A stretch of 32,863 nucleotides of DNA from a virus (IMGVR_UViG_2700989508_000029), one strand, 5' to 3'; counted from the stretch's first letter, positions 8,821 through 16,121 are shown. Made by a program: numbers and translations. Notes: generated by a model from the letters alone, not told the origin.

Positions 8821-8991
8821 TCACTTGCTTTTATTTGAGAGTGTTTCAGCCTCTCTTTTCAACATATCAAGAATGTAATCTGTGACAGTGATCCGTCTAC
8901 TTCTGGCTTCTTTAAATAACACCTGAAATACTTCATCAGGAATATGAAAGCAAGTGCGTGGTTGTCTTTTCTTTTCTGTAGTTTCGCTCAT
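8821..8991 (-). CDS. Ribbon-helix-helix (CopG/Arc-like) protein (56 aa from MSETT)
   Basis: AAGGAG SD before the ATG at 8991. RTCFHIPDEVFQVLFKEARSRRITVTDYILDML fits a beta-alpha-alpha RHH pattern. Confidence 0.5.
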   Translation of the reverse strand: MSETTEKKRQPRTCFHIPDEVFQVLFKEARSRRITVTDYILDMLKREAETLSNKSK

Positions 8992-9010
8992 AGTTTTCTC
9001 CTTCTCTTCT

Positions 9011-9199
9011 TTACTCTGTTTCAGATTCTTTTTCATTTTTTCTTAGTTCATCAATAATCTTGAGTGCTTCATTGAAGCAAGCTGCTCGCTCTGGATAACC
9101 TCGACTCCTTGCCATATTACGATTCATTACTACTTGGTGGCGTGTAAGCTCACCTTTTTTAAATGCCTGGACGACGTGCTCAGGTGTAAACCATTTCAT
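9011..9199 (-). CDS. Hypothetical small protein (62 aa), first gene of the early operon
   Basis: AAGGAG SD before the ATG at 9199. Confidence 0.45.
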   Translation of the reverse strand: MKWFTPEHVVQAFKKGELTRHQVVMNRNMARSRGYPERAACFNEALKIIDELRKNEKESETE

Positions 9200-9310
9200 A
9201 AAAAACTCCTTATTCAGTTAAAAGAAAAAACACCTTGCAAGCCTGACGGCTTCAAAGTGCATTGATTTTGATTATTTAGAGAAGAATGTTTTTCTGTCCC
9301 TCTAATACCT

Positions 9311-9339
9311 ATTATTACATATAAAGAAACATTTGTCAA
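9311..9339 (-). promoter_or_regulatory. Candidate sigma70 early promoter of the AT-rich element
   Basis: On the minus strand, TTGACA-N16/17-TAATAAT lies about 110 nt upstream of the first early ORF. Confidence 0.4.
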
Positions 9340-9855
9340 TACCTTTTCATAAAAAATCTGATCTTTTTCATGCACTTACATTTTTTCTTAGCAATTCGTG
9401 CTCTCCTATGTAGTGCTATTCTTCCTTATTGTCTAAAACGCTCTAAAACGCGTTCTAACGAGATTTTGATAAAAGCAATACATTCCCTTATCTAATGGCT
9501 GTTTAGCTCGCCAGAGGCTTATTTAAGTGGCTTATTTTGTATTTGTTAGATGATGATAGATATAAAACAGAGAGTCACTTTATAAAACGCTCTGTAAAGC
9601 CCTGTAGTGAGTTTATTATATGTAGGCAATGCGTTTCCATTCCCTACCCTGCTTAATGTTGTTAGAGAAGCATTTAGACCCCTTATTTTTAATTACCTAA
9701 AGTATCCTCTATACATCTCTGTTATGAAACACCTCTGAATCCTTCATAAAACACATTATGACGCAAAGAACACTTTTCTAAGGTGATTCCCTTCCTGAAT
9801 GCTGTTTCTTGCGTCAGAGAGCTACACAGAGCTTATAAAGATATTATTAATAATA

Positions 9856-9917
9856 AAGTAGATAAAGTAAGTAAGATAAGTAAGTAAGATAACTAAGATA
9901 GATAAGATTAATAAGAT
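9856..9917. repeat. Degenerate TAAGATA/TAAGTAAG tandem microrepeat
   Basis: gataaagtaagtaagataagtaagtaagataactaagatagataagattaataagat. Confidence 0.6.
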
Positions 9918-9961
9918 CAGAATTCTCTTTCGGTGTCGCCTCTGGCTTTTCCACCGAAAAC

Positions 9962-10228
9962 AATTACACGACTACAGAATGTAGGAAGTGAAATTGTATT
10001 GAGGCTTAGTGAAATTACACGAGGAAAGCAGAGTGTAATTGAGCTTTAGCCGCTCTCTTCGAGTAATTACACAACTACAGAGAATAACGAGAGTTATTAA
10101 ATGTAGGAAGTGGAATTAAGAGGTAGAGAGTTACACATAAGCAATCAGTATGATTGGTTAGGTGATTACTCTTCTGCGCACAGCGCAATAGTATTTCTTC
10201 GTGGGCGTTACCGCCACGATAGTTACAC
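9962..10228. repeat. Cluster of (A)ATTACAC sites (about 6 copies, one inverted)
   Basis: AATTACAC occurs at 9962, 10013 and 10065, and GTGTAATT (inverted) at 10033. TTACAC/GTTACAC occur at 10131 and 10222. The larger unit AATTACACnACTACAGA...TGTAGGAAGTGnAATT is repeated at 9962-9994 and 10065-10118. Confidence 0.6.
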
Positions 10229-10350
10229 GAAGAAAGTAACGCTTTGCTTTCGGTGTGAGCGGAACGGGCCAGCCACGAAGCCCGAAAGGTAGCGGAGTAA
10301 GGCTGCTTGCCAGAGAGTGAAGCTAACGCCGGAAGGCAAAAGATCATATA

Positions 10351-10501
10351 TATATAGTATAAAGAATATTATTATGATCTAATTAATAATCTAATATAGT
10401 TTTATTAATAGTCTTATTGTAGTTCACAGTGACCTACCCCCTAGCTCACTATGACCTACCCCCTAGGTCACAGTGACCTATATAGTATAAAGAATATTAT
10501 T
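10351..10501. repeat. 23-bp perfect direct repeats flanking TGACCTACCCCCTAG repeats and a 15-bp palindrome
   Basis: TATATAGTATAAAGAATATTATT occurs at 10351-10373 and 10479-10501. TGACCTACCCCCTAG occurs at 10430-10444 and 10452-10466. The palindrome AGGTCAC-A-GTGACCT lies at 10465-10479. Confidence 0.7.
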
Positions 10502-10526
10502 TATATTATTTAATTATAGTATTGGT

Positions 10527-10626
10527 GGAACTCATTTCCTAGGTAGGTAGGAACTCATTTCCTAAGTAGGTAGGAAACCACTTCCTAGGTTACTTCCTAA
10601 ATAGATCGGAAATCATTTCCTAGGTG
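10527..10626. repeat. Iteron array: 4-5 copies of GGAAnnCAyTTCCTArGT (internal GGAA-N5-TTCC dyad), ~23-bp period
   Basis: Copies start at 10527, 10550, 10573 and 10608, with a partial copy at about 10593. Confidence 0.7.
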
Positions 10627-10641
10627 TTATTTATTCTTATC

Positions 10642-10700
10642 GGGTATCAGTTTTGATAGGGGTATCAGACTTGATAGGGGTAACAGAATTCTGTGGGGGT
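10642..10700. repeat. Iteron array: 3 copies of GGGGTAwCAGnnTTGATA, 18-bp period
   Basis: Copies at 10642-10658, 10659-10676 and 10677-10694, then a GGGGGTAG partial copy. Confidence 0.65.
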
Positions 10701-10866
10701 AGTTCACTATGACCTACCCCTAGCTCACTGTGAGCTACCGTTACATTCAATCATCTTCCGATGTGTAATATCGTTACATTCAATAATTAGTCTATGTAAC
10801 ATATCGTTACTACCAACTTTCTTACAAAGAGCATTTCAGATAGCTGAATGTAACCTCTCGTTACAT
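10701..10866. repeat. Third TGACCTACCCCTAG copy, AGCTCAC-T-GTGAGCT palindrome, and CGTTACAT/ATGTAAC sites
   Basis: TGACCTACCCCTAG is at 10710-10723 and the palindrome at 10722-10736. CGTTACATTCAAT occurs at 10739 and 10772. ATGTAAC occurs at 10794 and 10848, and CGTTAC(AT) at 10805 and 10859. Confidence 0.6.
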
Positions 10867-11669
10867 CCATTTGTCACATAGCACTCTGTGTAATGCCTTT
10901 CTATGTGTGTGCCATAATCCCCCCTATATTCCCTGTGTAAATCATAGAATATCCCTAACTTATTCCTGTGTAATTCCATACTAAAAATTCAATGAAAAAA
11001 GTAGCTTAAAAGTTCAATTCTTACTTTCTTCACTTTTACATCACTTTCGCAAATCCTTGTGTAATGCGGCTTACAGAGCACCATCAGAAATTGTTGGCTA
11101 AAAATTGTTCTGCTTGTTTCTTAATGAGTTTTCTTGTTTGTGCAAATTTTAAAATTTATTTTGTTTTTACAGCCTTATTTCGTGTAATGCGTGGCATAGC
11201 AAGCCCTTTTCTTGTGTTGTCAAGACATTTGGCAACGTTCAAACATCTGTTTAGAAATGCCAAATTGTTGATCTAACAAATAAACCTGTATAAACAGAAC
11301 ACCATTTAATCTATTCCCCTGTGTAATCCACTACATCACACGATAAAAACAAAAAACTTTTAATTATATTTCATAGCACACAAAAGTCAACAGAAGCCCT
11401 CTCGTGCTCCTACGTAAAAAATCCATCACTTTTCCCCTGATACATCAACTCAAGGCGTTCTATGTGTTCCTTAGTGCATATTACGATTATTATGTTAAAT
11501 GGATTTTGGCCTATATTTTGACCTGCACCCGCATAAACACTGGTTTCATCGCTTACAGCCCTTGTGAGACGTGGTGCTGTTTCTAGCATCTGATCCGACA
11601 TAAAACCGATCATTCTCGTGTTTAGTGAAAGTTTAGTGAGAGACATTACAGAAAGGCTTTCTGTGTAAT
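10762..11669. repeat. Dispersed (C)TGTGTAAT sites (at least 8 copies), inverse orientation of the 9962-10228 ATTACAC cluster
   Basis: Copies at 10762, 10886, 10933, 10966, 11058, 11182, 11319 and 11661. One reversed copy (ACTACACAGG, next to GTTACAT) lies at about 12331-12347. Confidence 0.6.
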
Positions 11670-12137
11670 GATTTAATAGGTAAAAACGATGTTGATTACG
11701 CAAGAAAATTCCTTGCTGATATTTGGGGATTCTGGATTTTCCAGATCGGGGGGCGCTGAAAATCGCGTTAAGCACTTCTCGCAATCTAGCCATAAGGGAA
11801 GGGATATAGGTATTTAGATGTATTTATAGCTAATTTATAGCTATTTATTTTTTATTTACCTTTATTAAAAATAACCTTATAAATCAATAAGATACATAAT
11901 TATCTGTTTATATTCTAATCAATTAAATCAAGTTTAATACCCTTAAATAACCTGAAAATAGCCTTAAATACCCCAATAATTAATTTTAAGGTTTTCCGTG
12001 TTCTCTTCTGCATTATGAAAATGCAAAATAAGGCACAAAACAAGCTCACATACGCATTAAACACACATCACCTATACATCCCTATGCCAAGCAATGAAAA
12101 CAGCGTTAGAATGCGTCCTGTTGCGTTCTGGAGATTT

Positions 12138-12296
12138 TCAGAAATCCTCTCTAAGCCATTTCAACTCACTAAGGAGTTTTCTTTCTTCGTTCTCTCGTTG
12201 CTTTCGCTCTAGCCAGGCTTTTCCCTCTGGCGTAGACAGGAACTTACGAGCGTGAATCTTGCGGTTATTACGTTTGATAGCTGCAATGTTTTTCAT
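12138..12296 (-). CDS. Unlisted small basic ORF (52 aa, MKNIAAIKRNNRKIHARKFLSTPEGKAWLERKQRENEERKLLSELKWLREDF)
   Basis: I translated this by hand. It has an ATG with an AGAGG SD about 8 nt upstream, and GTTACAT / CTGTGTAGT-type sites lie just upstream. It is below the 60-aa threshold of the ORF track. Confidence 0.35.
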   Translation of the reverse strand: MKNIAAIKRNNRKIHARKFLSTPEGKAWLERKQRENEERKLLSELKWLREDF

Positions 12297-12479
12297 CGTG
12301 TGCCTCTGTATTCATATGAAAATTAACAAGTTACATACTACACAGGGAGACTACGCATAAAACACAATACAAGTAAAGATACATTTTCAAGACAATAGGA
12401 GCCATAAAGCGCCTTTGATGGTTATACCAAAAAATAAGCGCCGTAGGCGTATCCACTAAAAAGGGCTTTTTCACAAAAG

Positions 12480-12842
12480 CTATGAAGTCTTAGCAGTTCT
12501 TCTCTTATCAGGCACCCGTTGTACTCCGGTGGACGAAACCGTGCTAGAGCTTGATTCTTTCCCGATCAAGTTAGGTTTTGAAGAGGTGGGCTTTAATCCA
12601 CTATGCACTTAAAACTCTTCCCATCATTTAGCCTGTTTATCCTCTGCAACGTCTCACGACGTGTAGCATCATTGGACACCGCGCCAGGTGTGGAACATCT
12701 TGCTAAGAGTTTTGGTAGAAGGTTTAGAGACGGTGGCACGTCTTCCAGCTTCAAAGGAACTTGTTACGAGGTTGAGCCTGGGAACTACTCGCCCATACGT
12801 GTTACACTACCAAAGCCCATAACAACGTATAGGCGTTTGTAA
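12480..12842 (+). ncRNA. Candidate structured non-coding RNA (hairpin cluster) next to the inter-element att
   Basis: A locally GC-enriched block in AT-rich DNA holds seven consecutive hairpins: 12548-12572, 12581-12620, 12649-12662, 12676-12691, 12727-12744, 12745-12781 and 12790-12836. Three G-T appositions (12549/12571, 12727/12744, 12750/12776) are wobble-compatible only on the + strand. Confidence 0.35.
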
Positions 12843-12898
12843 GTGATAACAGAAGATACAATTTCTTAGAGAAGTTAAGCTAAGTTATTGATTTTCTT

Positions 12899-12916
12899 AA
12901 TGGTGCGATAATAGGA
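12899..12916. repeat. Degenerate internal att copy (junction between the two elements)
   Basis: AATGGTG-CGATAATAGGA differs from AATGGTGCCGATAATAGGA by a 1-nt deletion. Its flanks (TTGATTTT.. / ..AAAACA) also resemble those of the 536-556 copy. Confidence 0.6.
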
Positions 12917-12978
12917 ACAAAACAAACAATAAAAATACATTGATATATAAAGACATTTTCCCATTACATCTTTGTAGA

Positions 12979-12998
12979 TACCCCCAAAAGTACCCCCA
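12979..12998. promoter_or_regulatory. Putative integrase arm-type sites (TACCCCCAAAAGTACCCCCA), distal arm of the P4-like element
   Basis: 19/20 identical to 31287-31306 beside the integrase gene, in the same orientation, with the same 12-bp spacing of the TACCCCCA octamers. Confidence 0.5.
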
Positions 12999-13257
12999 AA
13001 CAATTTTCTCTCACCACCATTTGCACATAAAGCAGCCATGTACAACTGGTAGTTGAACAGGCGGGTAGACCGTTCGTTCAGTAAATACCTGATATTTCCG
13101 CCAACGAGAAATTGCGTTGGCTGGCAGAGTGCAAATTTGCACGATAACCTAACCCATTGATTCTTTCGAAAACCCGCAATGCAGGAAGCCGGATAACACC
13201 ATTTTATAGCTCCGATCCCTTCAAAGTGAGGGGTAATTTGCCAAAACAGAGAGAGCA

Positions 13258-13545
13258 TTACTGTCTCTGGCAATCTTTATCGCGATAACGCCTGAAGTAC
13301 CCTCTCGCTTCCTCATCCATACCAAGAGCCGAATGAGTCCGCTTAACTGCCTGTCTTAAATCTCCGAATCTGTCTGTAGTTGCTGGTGGGCGTGCCGCCT
13401 TACGGATACATTCAGAGCGTCTGTTTGCTGCATGTTCACGTTCTTTATCGCCATCTGCCAGCATCATGACTTCTGCCCATCGTGCGGCAGCTCTCCGGTA
13501 TAGCCCTTTTGACTCCAGCTCTTCAGCTTTCCTGTCCTTTATCAT
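13258..13545 (-). CDS. PerC/Pch-family transcriptional regulator-like protein (95 aa)
   Basis: AEELESKGLYRRAAARWAEVM...REHAANRRSEC matches the PerC-family N-terminal pattern I recall (..LE..G.YRRAA.RW..V..). Confidence 0.65.
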   Translation of the reverse strand: MIKDRKAEELESKGLYRRAAARWAEVMMLADGDKEREHAANRRSECIRKAARPPATTDRFGDLRQAVKRTHSALGMDEEARGYFRRYRDKDCQRQ

Positions 13546-13578
13546 TTCTGCCTCTCAGATTATATAGATAAGCAAAAA

Positions 13579-13705
13579 GGTGTTGGTTCAGTTGGTTCAG
13601 TTGGTTCAATTTGTAAAGAGCGTTGTTTTTATTGTGTTTTTTCTAAAATATTGAACCAACATCAACTCATTTTGAACCAACACAGCCCAGCTCTGAACCA
13701 ACAAC
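13579..13705. repeat. Iteron module A (ori/crr-like): 3 tandem GTTGGTTCA, an AT-rich spacer, then 3 TGAACCAAC
   Basis: GTTGGTTCA is at 13582, 13591 and 13600. TGAACCAAC is at 13652, 13673 and 13694. The module is an inverted homolog of 22036-22153. Confidence 0.7.
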
Positions 13706-13755
13706 ACAGCGATAGATTTGCGATTGGTCCGTTATTTTCTGGCTGATATTTGAGC

Positions 13756-13790
13756 GTATAACAGTGTTATACAGTGGTATACTGTATGGA
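13756..13790. promoter_or_regulatory. Operator-like overlapping dyads (GTATAAC-AGT-GTTATAC; ATACAGT-GGTAT-ACTGTAT) upstream of the RHH gene
   Basis: Perfect 7-bp arms at 13756-13772 and 13769-13787. Confidence 0.4.
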
Positions 13791-13804
13791 TATTACTCAC
13801 TGAT

Positions 13805-14245
13805 ATGGTCTTTGCAATGAGCAAATCTAATCTGATCGCGTTCCGCATCCCATCTGAATTGCAGGATGAGTTTAATCGGTCTGTTCTCGCTTCTGGAGGG
13901 GATAAAACCTCCTGGCTTGTTGATGCGATTCGCATGAAGCTGGGACAGCCGGAAAAGTCTATTGATTCACGAATGCTTGGGCTGGTGGAGCGCATGGAAA
14001 AAGCCGCAGCATCGCTTATTGCCGGAAAGCCGAACATCCCACCAAAGCCATATAACGAAACGGCAGTTATAAAGATCATTGCCGATACCATCCGACAGGG
14101 ATTTGATAATGGGCGTGTGATAGCTGAACGGCTCAATGAAGCAGGCTACCAAACAAAAGCTGGTAAAGCGTGGGATAAAGACATTTACAGCGCGTGGAAG
14201 CGTCAGGATAACAATATTAAAAGAATCAATACGCTGCTTCAGTAA
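13805..14245 (+). CDS. RHH-domain DNA-binding protein with a C-terminal recombinase-like helical domain (146 aa; possibly starts at 13817)
   Basis: NLIAFRIPSELQDEFNRSVLASGGDKTSWLVDAIRMKL fits an RHH pattern. The C-terminal AERLNEAGYQTKAGKAWDKDIY resembles the recombinase-domain LN..G..T..G..W motif. Confidence 0.5.
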   Translation: MVFAMSKSNLIAFRIPSELQDEFNRSVLASGGDKTSWLVDAIRMKLGQPEKSIDSRMLGLVERMEKAAASLIAGKPNIPPKPYNETAVIKIIADTIRQGFDNGRVIAERLNEAGYQTKAGKAWDKDIYSAWKRQDNNIKRINTLLQ

Positions 14246-14274
14246 TTGATCAGTGTATAAATGATATTTATCGC

Positions 14275-15252
14275 TCAATCGCTCCCTTTCCGCCCTTCAG
14301 CTACAGGGTCGTTGTCGGCGATAACAAAACCTAAGTCCTGAGAGAATCTCTCTCGTGGGAATCCTTTAGCAGGTAAACCCATTGAATCATATCCACATCC
14401 GGGAACATTTGGTTTAGAGTCAATAAGGTCTGCAATTTGCCGAAGCCATGTTGATCCCGGACCAAGTCGTTTAACTAAGTACCAGATAATACAGATCGCG
14501 CTAAAAATCCTCTCGCAACTCTCTGGATGGAGATTAAGTCCGTCAAAGTATTCATTATCCGGTACTGGAACTCGGGGATGCTTTCTATTCCATATTCTGG
14601 AATGGTGAGCGCAACGATTCCTTATGAGATTAAGGCACTTCAACCATTTTGCAAATGTCTGCTTATTATCAATGCCAAAACGACGTATAATTTTCCCCTG
14701 CATATGACCATTAAGCATCGCATAATATTTAGACATCTGACCAAAATCCCAGGTCTCCACCGCCACCCAAAATGGAATCTCCTTGCCTTGGCTTCGATGC
14801 CATTCAATACAGTCATCTCTGCTTTCGTCTAATTTTACTTTTTGCTTATACACCCAATGCTCGAAGGCAGATGAGAATTTTGGATTAATGTATTTTGATG
14901 ACATGTAGGCAAGTGGATCATTGCGACCAACCTCATGCGCGATGACTGAACGAACATGAATCTCTATTCTTTCGATAGCATCAATCATCAAAAGACGCAG
15001 TTTTTTGTCAAAAAGATATAGATCGTACGTCTTCTCGAAACTGGTACCAGTAAGAAATCGGTCTGTTCTGTACGAAAGACCTTTATCTGTTGTCGCAATA
15101 ATTCTTGATGGGTACCAAAAACCTGACAATCGATAATATCCAACCTGCGACAGCTTACGTATCGCACGATTTCGATCATTGATAATCATGCCACGTTCAA
15201 GTAGCAATCCTAGCAATTCGTGATAGTCCTTATGAGGCTTTGCGGCAATCAT
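14275..15252 (-). CDS. Abi_2 family (AbiD/AbiF-like) abortive-infection protein
   Basis: Family hallmarks are present: YYRLSGFWYP, ERIEIHVRSVIAHE and LNLIRNRCAHHSRIWNR. The likely start is MIAAKPHKDY at 15252; the track ORF extends to 15297. Confidence 0.85.
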   Translation of the reverse strand: MIAAKPHKDYHELLGLLLERGMIINDRNRAIRKLSQVGYYRLSGFWYPSRIIATTDKGLSYRTDRFLTGTSFEKTYDLYLFDKKLRLLMIDAIERIEIHVRSVIAHEVGRNDPLAYMSSKYINPKFSSAFEHWVYKQKVKLDESRDDCIEWHRSQGKEIPFWVAVETWDFGQMSKYYAMLNGHMQGKIIRRFGIDNKQTFAKWLKCLNLIRNRCAHHSRIWNRKHPRVPVPDNEYFDGLNLHPESCERIFSAICIIWYLVKRLGPGSTWLRQIADLIDSKPNVPGCGYDSMGLPAKGFPRERFSQDLGFVIADNDPVAEGRKGSD

Positions 15253-15422
15253 AGTGGCGAAACAAAAGATAATAAAAGGCCCGACCGTGAAACTCACATG
15301 CCTGAAATCGGCGGCGGAGAAACAGAGGATCGGGCTCGGTTGCCTGTAACTCTATCCGAAGTTATCCACATGTCAATGCACAGTTACTTAGGAAACTAAC
15401 ATAGGTACTATCATCACTCACG

Positions 15423-15445
15423 AAAAACCACTATATGTGGTTTTT
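15423..15445. terminator. Bidirectional hairpin terminator AAAAACCAC-TATAT-GTGGTTTTT
   Basis: 9-bp perfect stem with built-in A/T tracts on both sides. Confidence 0.5.
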
Positions 15446-15725
15446 ATTCATATCGTTATCCACTACAGGCTGTGTCAATAACTTTTACCTATTAATTGGG
15501 TAATTTCTACATTTTCCTATGCTGGCTAGTTTCTCTACTGAAAAGTTGGCACTCCTTAATCGCTTTTCGGTTAATACTATCGGTCTTCATATTGCCAGCA
15601 GCATACGCCATCCGATAATTTCGATGCTACGCGCGCGTACTTGTCGCAAAATATCAGGCAAAGGCCAGATTCAGAACGTCGTGATAACCACCAGCACAAC
15701 ATGAGATGTCATGTAACACGATTTA

Positions 15726-16104
15726 TCACATCAGATACATGTGATTGGTGTACCCGCATAAAACATCGTCATAGCGCGTCCTGTGCGCATATACGCCGAT
15801 AATCAACACATCACCACCACTCTGTCTCGTGTAGAGAACAGTTTCATGGTATCCCCCGCCATCGTGTGCGTACTGGTCGGACGTAGTTGCAAAATTTTTG
15901 CAACTGATACCCCTCGCGCGCGTACTGGTCACGAAATTGGTGTTTTGCTGTGGCAGTGATATCAGAAAAATCTTCCTGTTTCACATAAAGCGGATATGCG
16001 CGTACTGTAACGGCCCCATCAACGGGGATCGGATTTGAAATCCCGACCCAAGCTATGTACCAAATGCCATGTCTTGGATATATGATGATTGCCATTCTAA
16101 ACAA
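15726..16104 (-). pseudogene. Frameshifted small gene, possibly a RelE/ParE-like toxin remnant
   Basis: Two overlapping minus-strand ORFs in different frames (15844-16104 and 15726-15932). The C-terminal piece ...YHETVLYTRQSGGDVLIIGVYAHRTRY resembles the RelE/ParE C-terminal beta-strand/His-Arg pattern. The family assignment is weak. Confidence 0.3.
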
Positions 16105-16121
16105 CGCTAAAGGGGGTTGGT

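Larger units (their letters stand above)
536..12916. mobile_element. AT-rich integrative phage-satellite-like element (~12.4 kb) with its own integrase and a minimal capsid/tail gene set
   Basis: It is bounded by att copies at 536-556 and 12899-12916. G+C is visibly lower than in the flanks. An integrase gene lies at one end. Confidence 0.6.

Noticed and set aside
10527-10700. Regularly spaced short repeats that might suggest a CRISPR array
   Set aside because: The periods are only 18-23 bp with essentially no unique spacers. The repeats are degenerate and of several families, and no cas genes or leader are present. They fit protein-binding iterons instead.
11410-11793. 127-aa minus-strand ORF in the repeat field
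   Set aside because: The start is preceded by a pyrimidine run (CCCTTCCCTT) rather than an SD. The ORF spans a GTGTAAT site and no motif is recognisable. It is kept only as a low-probability possibility that homology search could revive.
13129-13142. Perfect 14-bp palindrome GTGCAAATTTGCAC in the distal arm of the P4-like element
   Set aside because: It is a real palindrome, but it is isolated with no repeat partner or adjacent gene start, which is too little to assign a function. I also looked here for a P2/P4-type cos sequence (GGCGAGGCGGGGAAAGCAC) and did not find one anywhere in the window.
12875-13273. 132-aa minus-strand ORF across the inter-element junction
   Set aside because: It reads through the degenerate att copy and the TACCCCCA arm sites. 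It has an implausible Cys/Phe/Tyr-rich C-terminus and no SD, so it is likely spurious.
13769-13787. ATACAGT-GGTAT-ACTGTAT as a possible LexA box
   Set aside because: The orientation is ACAG...CTGT with a 7-nt gap between the tetramers, not CTGT-N8-ACAG. It is more likely the operator of the adjacent RHH protein.
13732-14278. Minus-strand ORFs 13732-14136 and 13967-14278
   Set aside because: They are antisense to the RHH-domain gene, whose product has a clear fold pattern. The minus-frame products look random.
14527-15179. ORFs 14527-14832 (+) and 14988-15179 (-) inside the Abi gene
   Set aside because: They are shadow or alternative frames of a gene with unambiguous Abi_2 motifs.
15519-15704. 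61-aa plus-strand ORF between the Abi gene and the frameshifted gene
   Set aside because: No SD and no motif. I also translated the minus strand here looking for an antitoxin partner and found only ORFs of 40 aa or less.
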